Shown in pieces: positions 38,950 to 45,094 of a DNA stretch of 45,094 nucleotides. A program made the translations under genes and the position numbers. The notes below the pieces were generated by a model. That model ran no database searches, was not told where the DNA came from, and saw only the letters and a list, made by a program, of their open reading frames with translations. Numbering within the stretch: position 1 is the first letter of the stretch; every line of letters begins with the position of its first letter. The stretch is from Paramecium tetraurelia (Eukaryota), in the NCBI GenBank assembly GCA_000165425.1, contig CT868002.1:248001-293094 (forward strand). The letters are read 5' to 3'.

Positions 38950-40030
38950 GGTATAGGTAACCCTTGTATTGACTATGTAAATTTTATTTGATTAATATTT
39001 TTTTAGAGTGGATAACTCTTCTTAATTGTAGATATTTTAGGTTTGAATTATAAATTTTAAGATCAATATATTTTCTGTTACAAAGGCTAAGTCTAAATTT
39101 TTGATTCAAAAATATTTAATATAACCTCCTTCCCTTACGCTGGAATTGCAGGTATAATTACGTTCTTCAATCAATACGGAATATATTTACTCACAAGAGA
39201 TATGAATACTCCATTCCTATAAATTGGCCCAACTTTCTAATATTATAATAAAAAAGATGCTTATGAAGCCTTATATAAAGCAGGTTAGACTATAAAGGAT
39301 AGAGGACTTCCTCTTAAGTTTGGTTTGCCTTTAATAATTTTAGTAATGGGTCAGACATACACATGATATTCACAAAGCATTTAAATCCTAAGACTATTAT
39401 GCCAATAAATTAGATTATGAATCAATCTTCCATTAGAAATACTTACCTTATCTCAGTATTCTCGTTCATGATATTTATTGGGTATAAAAAAAAACTTTTC
39501 CCGATATATTACTGATTTATAAATTAAAGTAGGAATATCCCTAATTTTAGGAATTAGTTGAATCTGGAAATAGTAGGTTGGAAGATGTTACGTGTGATTT
39601 AAAGGGTTCCATCAAATTTTTAAAGAAGTTTACTAACCCTGATCACCTTGTGTACTATTACAATCCGTTGTCTCGATAGATTAATGACTAAATAGATGTT
39701 TAGTTTGAAAATGACATCATTTATATGACTATTGCTTTTTTACCTTCCTAAATGCCATATGAAGCAAGTATGGATTTTGGAAAAGCATTAAGAGATATTT
39801 TACCGCACTTAGTCTATTCAGATCCGACAAAACGATTGGAAGAAAGCTGTTACATGAATTTTTGTAAAATGCAACCGTTACATTACATGGAAAACTCACC
39901 TAAAAATTTTAATACATTAATGAATTAAGGAGAATTAATGAAACAAAAAATGACCAATAACAATTTAGATCGATTAAATCTCATTATTCGGACAAAATAA
40001 TTGCAACTTAAGAACATATCTCAACAGAAA
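38950..40030 (+). pseudogene. AASS: Alpha-aminoadipic semialdehyde synthase (lysine-ketoglutarate reductase domain) pseudogene
   Basis: YAGIAGIITFFNQYGIYLL..TPFLQIGPTFQY..GLP, SIFHQKYLPYLSILVHDIYW, DVTCDLKGSIKFL, LPSQMPYEASMDFGKAL, GKLTQKFQYINELR match LKR. There are internal deletions, a TGA near 39364, frameshifts, and no recognisable SDH domain downstream. Confidence 0.85.
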
Positions 40031-40392
40031 ATACTTCTCTATCATAGTCACAACCATATCTTTTTCTTATTTAATTTTAGATCACCAAACTCCAATTCAT
40101 AAGAAACGAAGGATGATGGAGCTTAACTAGAAGATTCACCAATAAATTTGAATATGCCTTCTAACGAAGGAATAACTAAATGCTCAATGATCAACTAGCT
40201 TTCGATTCACGAATTTAAATTTAATGATTATTATCAATTTAGCTATTATTCTATTTTTGATTTTTATTTTTACAATCCCTTAAATTATTATCAAGATACA
40301 TTTTTTAAAATAATTATTAGGTTTAAAGATAGAAACGTAATCCATTTTATTGCGATAAAAGAATTCCAAAAACTCTTTAAATTGTCACTAAA

Positions 40393-40404
40393 CCCCCCCC
40401 CCCC
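40393..40404. repeat. C12 homopolymer
   Basis: aaCCCCCCCCCCCCaaaag in otherwise very AT-rich non-coding/degenerate DNA. Confidence 0.9.
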
Positions 40405-40610
40405 AAAAGATTTGTGAAAAACAAAATGGATATTTAATTCCTTCATAATGGCGATTCAAATAGACAATATATTATTTCAATCATTAAAAATCGTCGAAAA
40501 ATTTGATCTTTTTATTGTTATTTAACCAAATAAAGAAAGGCAAGGGATAAAAATATAAGAAGAAGATAATTAATTTTTTTCTACAAAATTATTGAAAAAA
40601 ACATAAATTA

Positions 40611-42526
40611 TCATTTATTTGATAAATGCTTTTCACATTATTATTTTTAATCTTGAGCTTCTAGATGATTTGGGTTTTCTTCCAGAAGTTATGTGTAACA
40701 TTAAAGTGCCTTTTAGTAGTTTTTGGTGAAAAATAAACAATTTCCTAAAATAATATGTTATCATTACCTTTTGTTAATAATGATTTTGGATGATGTTAAT
40801 TTAATTTCAAAGCTTATTCTAAAACTTAAATGGCTTATAGTTCCATATCATTCCTATATAGACATTCACCTAATTAATAGAGAAATATTTACCCTTCATC
40901 CACAAAAGATCTATATTATTTTAATTGTTTCCTAACACTTTATTTATTTCAACTAAAGCTTTTGAATACTCTCTTTATGCCATTAACAGTTCAACTATAA
41001 TTTACACATTTTTTACTCTTTTTCAAAATCAAATCTAGATTGTTTCCATAGAAAATAAGAGCTTGATTTATAACTTTTAGGCTTTCTTCCACTTTTCCCA
41101 AATTAAATAAGCATTCTGCTATTAATTATTAATTTTAATCATACATTTTATAATTAATGTTTGCAAATCTTATGAACTTATTCTTTCAATCATTTCGATT
41201 GCTTCCTTTTTCTTTCCTAATAGGCTCAAGCATTTAGCTATTTATGAACTTAGATAATACCTCCAATCCTTAATAAATTTATATGATTTTTATCAATTAA
41301 CAATCCTTCATTTATCCATATCATAGCTTCTACTTACAACCCTAATAAACTTAAGCACTAGGCTAAAATTTATTGTTAGAAAAACCTTTTCTGCTTAGTG
41401 TGTTAACATGTTTGGGATTGACATTCAAAATGACATCAGCCAATTTTATAGCTTCTTAATGCTTACCTAATAGACTTAAACACTCAGCTAATAAAATTAA
41501 AGATATAGTCTTACCCTTTCTCCACAAAAAATCTGTATTGTTAGGATATACCATTAAAATTTCGTCTAATATTTCGAGAGCTTCAATTTGTTAGCCTAAT
41601 AAGCTTAGACATTCAGCTTTTATTTATACTTAGAGATACCTTTTCTGAACCAGGAATCAATACATTCAGGATATATAGATACTGCTTTTTCGATAATTAT
41701 CAGTGCTTCTTTATGCTTTCCTTATTAATTTAAACATTCTGCTATTTCTCATTAATATATCATACACTTTCTACATAATGAATCCAAATCGCTATCATCT
41801 AGAGATAGGGCTTTGTCAATCCATTTGATAGCCTCACTTTAATTACCCAATAAGCTTAGGCAAGTAGCTAATCAATAAAATTGACAATTACATTTACACC
41901 AAAGAGAATCAATATTCTTCTCATTATATTTAAGAGATTTCTCTATAACCTCTATTGCTTACTAAAATTTATCAATTTCGTATAATTTATAACCTTATAT
42001 CATAAATATGTTAAAAACCTTATTCATAGTAATAATCAGATAATTATTAATTGTCGTCGGCTTTTTGGATGCAATTTATATTATTTGCTATTTAAAAATC
42101 GACTATATTCTTAATGAGCGTTTAGAAATTTTCAAGTAAATTGCTGAATTATTCCATAATATCTGGTAATTTTACTAAATCGCACAAGTATTTATTTAGT
42201 TGAACTCCATTATATTTTTCAATTTTAATTTTAGGTAAAAAATATTTTAATTCCAATCCACCTCTTAATTGTATAAAATTTGATTAAAGCACTTTGAACT
42301 ATTCATCTAGTTATTCAATAATATCTATTTCGCAATTTTTTTATTTTTTTTCTATAAATTCGAATATTTCCTTTATTTTTTCCCAACCTTTATGGGTAGC
42401 TATATGTCTTTGCTCTCTTTCGCAGGTTTCACACATAAGTCTAGTGGGTTCAGCGCAATTATAAAAATGACAGAATCTTTCAATATTATTTTCATGATTT
42501 TAAATTGGGCATTTTATTTGATCCAT
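40611..42526 (-). CDS. TPR-array protein with N-terminal Cys/His Zn-binding-like module; one TPR unit per exon
   Basis: MDQIKCPIQNH..FCHFYNCAEPTRLMCETC, helical linker, then 11 TPR units (e.g. AECLSLLGKHQEAIKLADVILNVNPKHVNTLSRK). Eleven phase-1 introns: 41994-42018, 41868-41891, 41742-41765, 41617-41639, 41488-41514, 41363-41385, 41238-41260, 41119-41144, 40995-41016, 40870-40892, 40745-40767. TGA 40611-40613. Confidence 0.93.
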
Positions 42527-42859
42527 ATATATTAAGAAAATTAATTTATTATTAATTTATCCTTTTTATGATTATGCCTCCGGTCATCCTTTCGTCATCC
42601 AATGCATTAAATATAAAATGTTTCAGTTTATATCTAAATATATATGGCTCTCAATTTATTGTCATAAATTAATGAATTTGCAATATAAAATTATCAAGAC
42701 CTTTATTTATTATCAAACTTTTCCTATAGCCAAAACCAAATTTAATATTTGATTTGAATGCTAATTCAAATTTAATTAGGATCGTCTCACAATATGATGA
42801 AACAATTGAAATTAAATGATGAATTCTCATAATTATAATATCTCATAAAATCAATCAAT

Positions 42860-45033
42860 CAAAGTATTTCAGCTTCAAAAACAATTGAAGCAAATAATTG
42901 GTGAAGTATGATGGCTAAGATAAATAAAAAAATGGATGTACTGAGATTAAACCAAGAAAATTTCAACTATATAATCATTTGAAATTAAAAGAAAATGGTA
43001 AAATCTATTTCCAATATGAAGAACCCTAAAAATATCCTGATTATGTATAGATGATAGTGAATAATATTTTATAACAGGATAAAATATGGGAAATATTTCT
43101 GTTTGATGTCAAAATAAAAATGTATTTTTTGTAGTAGACTAAATTAATAAATTTTTCAAGTAGGTTAAACTACGAAATAAAGTAGAATTGTATTTATAGA
43201 TTAATTTATAAAAGGGGTTTTTGGGTGTGTAATTACTTTAATTGAAACATAATTATTGTAATAGAATTAGGAATAGATAGAAAACTAAATAATATTAAAT
43301 GTCTTCATTAATTGATATTGTTTCAAAAGATGAGAGGATATTTAATCTAAGGAGAAATAATTTAGAAGAAACTTAGTCTCTAATTAAAAATACCTTAATT
43401 GCAAAATGTCAAAGAAATTGACTAAAATAAAATAAAAGCCTTTCTTAGAGAGGTTGATCTTGATTTGGAATATTATGGCAATCTTCCTCTGTTACATTAA
43501 GCATCACTAGAATACCACAGAGTAATGGGGACAGAATTAGCATTTAATATAGAAAATGCCTAAAAGTGGATTTAATCAACAGAATTTATTGAACTTACTT
43601 ATGCCTTAAGATGGGTATATGAGATGTCTTCATACAAAGATAGATAAGAAATCTAGATAGAATTTGATCCAAAAGATTAAATTCTTAAGAAGATAATACT
43701 CCTAAATATAGGTTTGGAATAGAAAAAAGAGATTTCTTAAATTAATTTAATTGAATTGGTTTGTGATAATAGTGAAATATTGTATGGCTTGTCTTTATAT
43801 ATTTAAAACAGGATTGAAACTCAGGATATTTCAACTTATCTCCCTCTTCTCTAAAATATGATGTAAGAAGGTGATAAATCAGCAATTAATTAATTAATCA
43901 TCATTGAACTAATTGACAAAGTACTTAAAAAATATTCAGGATAGTAAGACGAATAAATAAAGAAATTGAAATTAACCAACCAAATAATAAGATAAATAAA
44001 ATGGGAAGAGGATTATAAATAATACACTTTGTAAGAATTAGAAAACCCAAACTTTTAACTTAGAATGACAAAATAGGTATATCTATATACAAAGGAATAA
44101 TATGAGGTCAAAATTAGCATATTTAAGAGTTAATGGGAAGATTTGTTTACTGAAATTATAACGTCAACTATCATTCAGCCTTTAGATATATTGTGCTCTT
44201 CTCTTGGTGAAGAAGAGGAAATAAATAAAGAAATGAATAACCCTACTTTTAGAAAAAAATATTATAAATTAAAAAGCAGTATTAACTAACCCAATCCCCT
44301 TTAGAGTCAGATAAGAGTAAATCTTCCACCTCCGCTACCTCTTCCTAAAGTAAAGTCAACTAATATTTCTAACTCCATTTATGTTAAGTTTAATTATCCT
44401 ATTCTTGAAAATTAATTAGATGGAACAATCTGGAAGGTGAATTTGATAGGTTATGAGACTAAAATCGATAAATAAATTTTAAAATATTTTGAAAAGAATC
44501 AAATAAAGTAGACAAAAATAAACTTAGCTAAAATTGTTGTTTTAAAAGATGAAGTTGAATATGGAAATTCAGTCTTTAAGAATTAAACCGAAATAGAATT
44601 AAAAAGGAAGAAGTTTGAGAAAATTAATTTAGACGAAATTTTGGAATAAGTAAATCAACTTGAATTTATAGAGAAAAATTAAGATAAGAATATCAGAGCA
44701 TATATTTAGCTTCTTAATTCTTCTATTCAATTTATATCTAAAGATAATGTCAAATAAATAGAATAAAACATAAAAGAGACCAAATAAGCAGAGTAATGAA
44801 TTTAGAAAAAGAAAACTTGAAGAAGAAGACGAATTATAAAAACAGGAAAGGGAAAGATTAAAAGACCTATAAAAAGAAGCAAGAGAATAAGATATTTTAA
44901 AATACGAATCAGCTATCCGTTGAATACAGAATGATTAATTACCTATTCTTGAAGAAGATAATAATTCAGAATTAGCCACCCAGAAAGAAAGCTATAAGCC
45001 TAGATTAAACACATAGATGACATAGATGTGGTG
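42860..45033 (+). pseudogene. Large degenerate gene, possibly formin-like (short proline tract plus FH2-like start)
   Basis: Open code-6 frame 43246-44796 containing LPPPLPLP..VKFNYPILENQLDGTIW..IDKQILKYFEK, reminiscent of the FH1/FH2 junction. TGA at 44797; a charged coiled-coil continuation follows in another frame with a further TGA near 44921. 5' end unresolved. Confidence 0.42.
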
Positions 45034-45094
45034 ATACCTCCAATTCTCCTACCCTTTATCCGTCTGCAGTTTTTCCGCTACCAGTTCCTTACCT

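Noticed and set aside
40391..40408. CCCCAAAA as an internal telomere seed
   Set aside because: Single occurrence, not a tandem CCC(A/C)AA repeat.
40745..42018. ~125-bp periodicity resembling a CRISPR array or satellite
   Set aside because: The period equals a 102-nt TPR exon plus a 22-27 nt intron; similarity is at the protein level, there are no identical repeats and no cas genes, and the DNA is eukaryotic.
1..45094. Supplied six-frame ORF track taken as the gene set
   Set aside because: It uses the standard code. Here TAA/TAG encode Gln and genes have tiny introns, so listed ORFs are either fragments of real genes (e.g. 2200-2394, 6552-6752, 16525-16716, 26133-26372, 28196-28456) or antisense/off-frame artefacts (e.g. 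16114-16311, 16658-16879, 34906-35151, 40723-40935).
1..45094. tRNA, rRNA, snoRNA genes or transposase/reverse-transcriptase ORFs
   Set aside because: None recognised by eye. A covariance-model scan (tRNAscan-SE, Infernal) was not possible, so small ncRNAs cannot be excluded.

Overview
Very AT-rich, gene-dense eukaryotic DNA from a ciliate, almost certainly a Paramecium (aurelia-type) macronuclear chromosome. Genes read through TAA/TAG as Gln (genetic code 6, TGA the only stop), contain tiny 20-35 nt GT..AG introns and are separated by spacers as short as 17-85 nt. The supplied standard-code ORF track is therefore mostly fragments or antisense noise. Re-translating by eye gives about 24 loci. 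Apparently intact: a NACHT-like/coiled-coil protein, a CENP-E-like kinesin, a DRS1/DDX27 helicase, a giant coiled-coil protein, COX11, KU80 (possibly the development-specific Ku80c type), a Zn-module+WD40 protein, a P5 ATPase, an EF-hand protein, a multi-TM protein, a deoxynucleoside kinase, a Q/V/P-rich coiled-coil protein, CWC25, a BAH-PHD chromatin reader and a Zn-module+TPR protein. Decaying or frame-broken: a CCDC81-like gene, a second P5 ATPase, an ODF3/SHIPPO-repeat gene, a DCAF7-like gene, mitochondrial RF1, the LKR domain of AASS and a formin-like gene. Main points of interest: (1) a TPR gene in which each repeat is its own 102-nt exon flanked by phase-1 introns; (2) a 60-bp TA-bounded, IES-like insertion retained in the P5-ATPase pseudogene; (3) KU80 head-to-head with an uncharacterised WD40 gene; (4) a perfect TA-ended 14-bp palindrome in a divergent promoter. 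All calls are manual; coordinates of degenerate loci are approximate.
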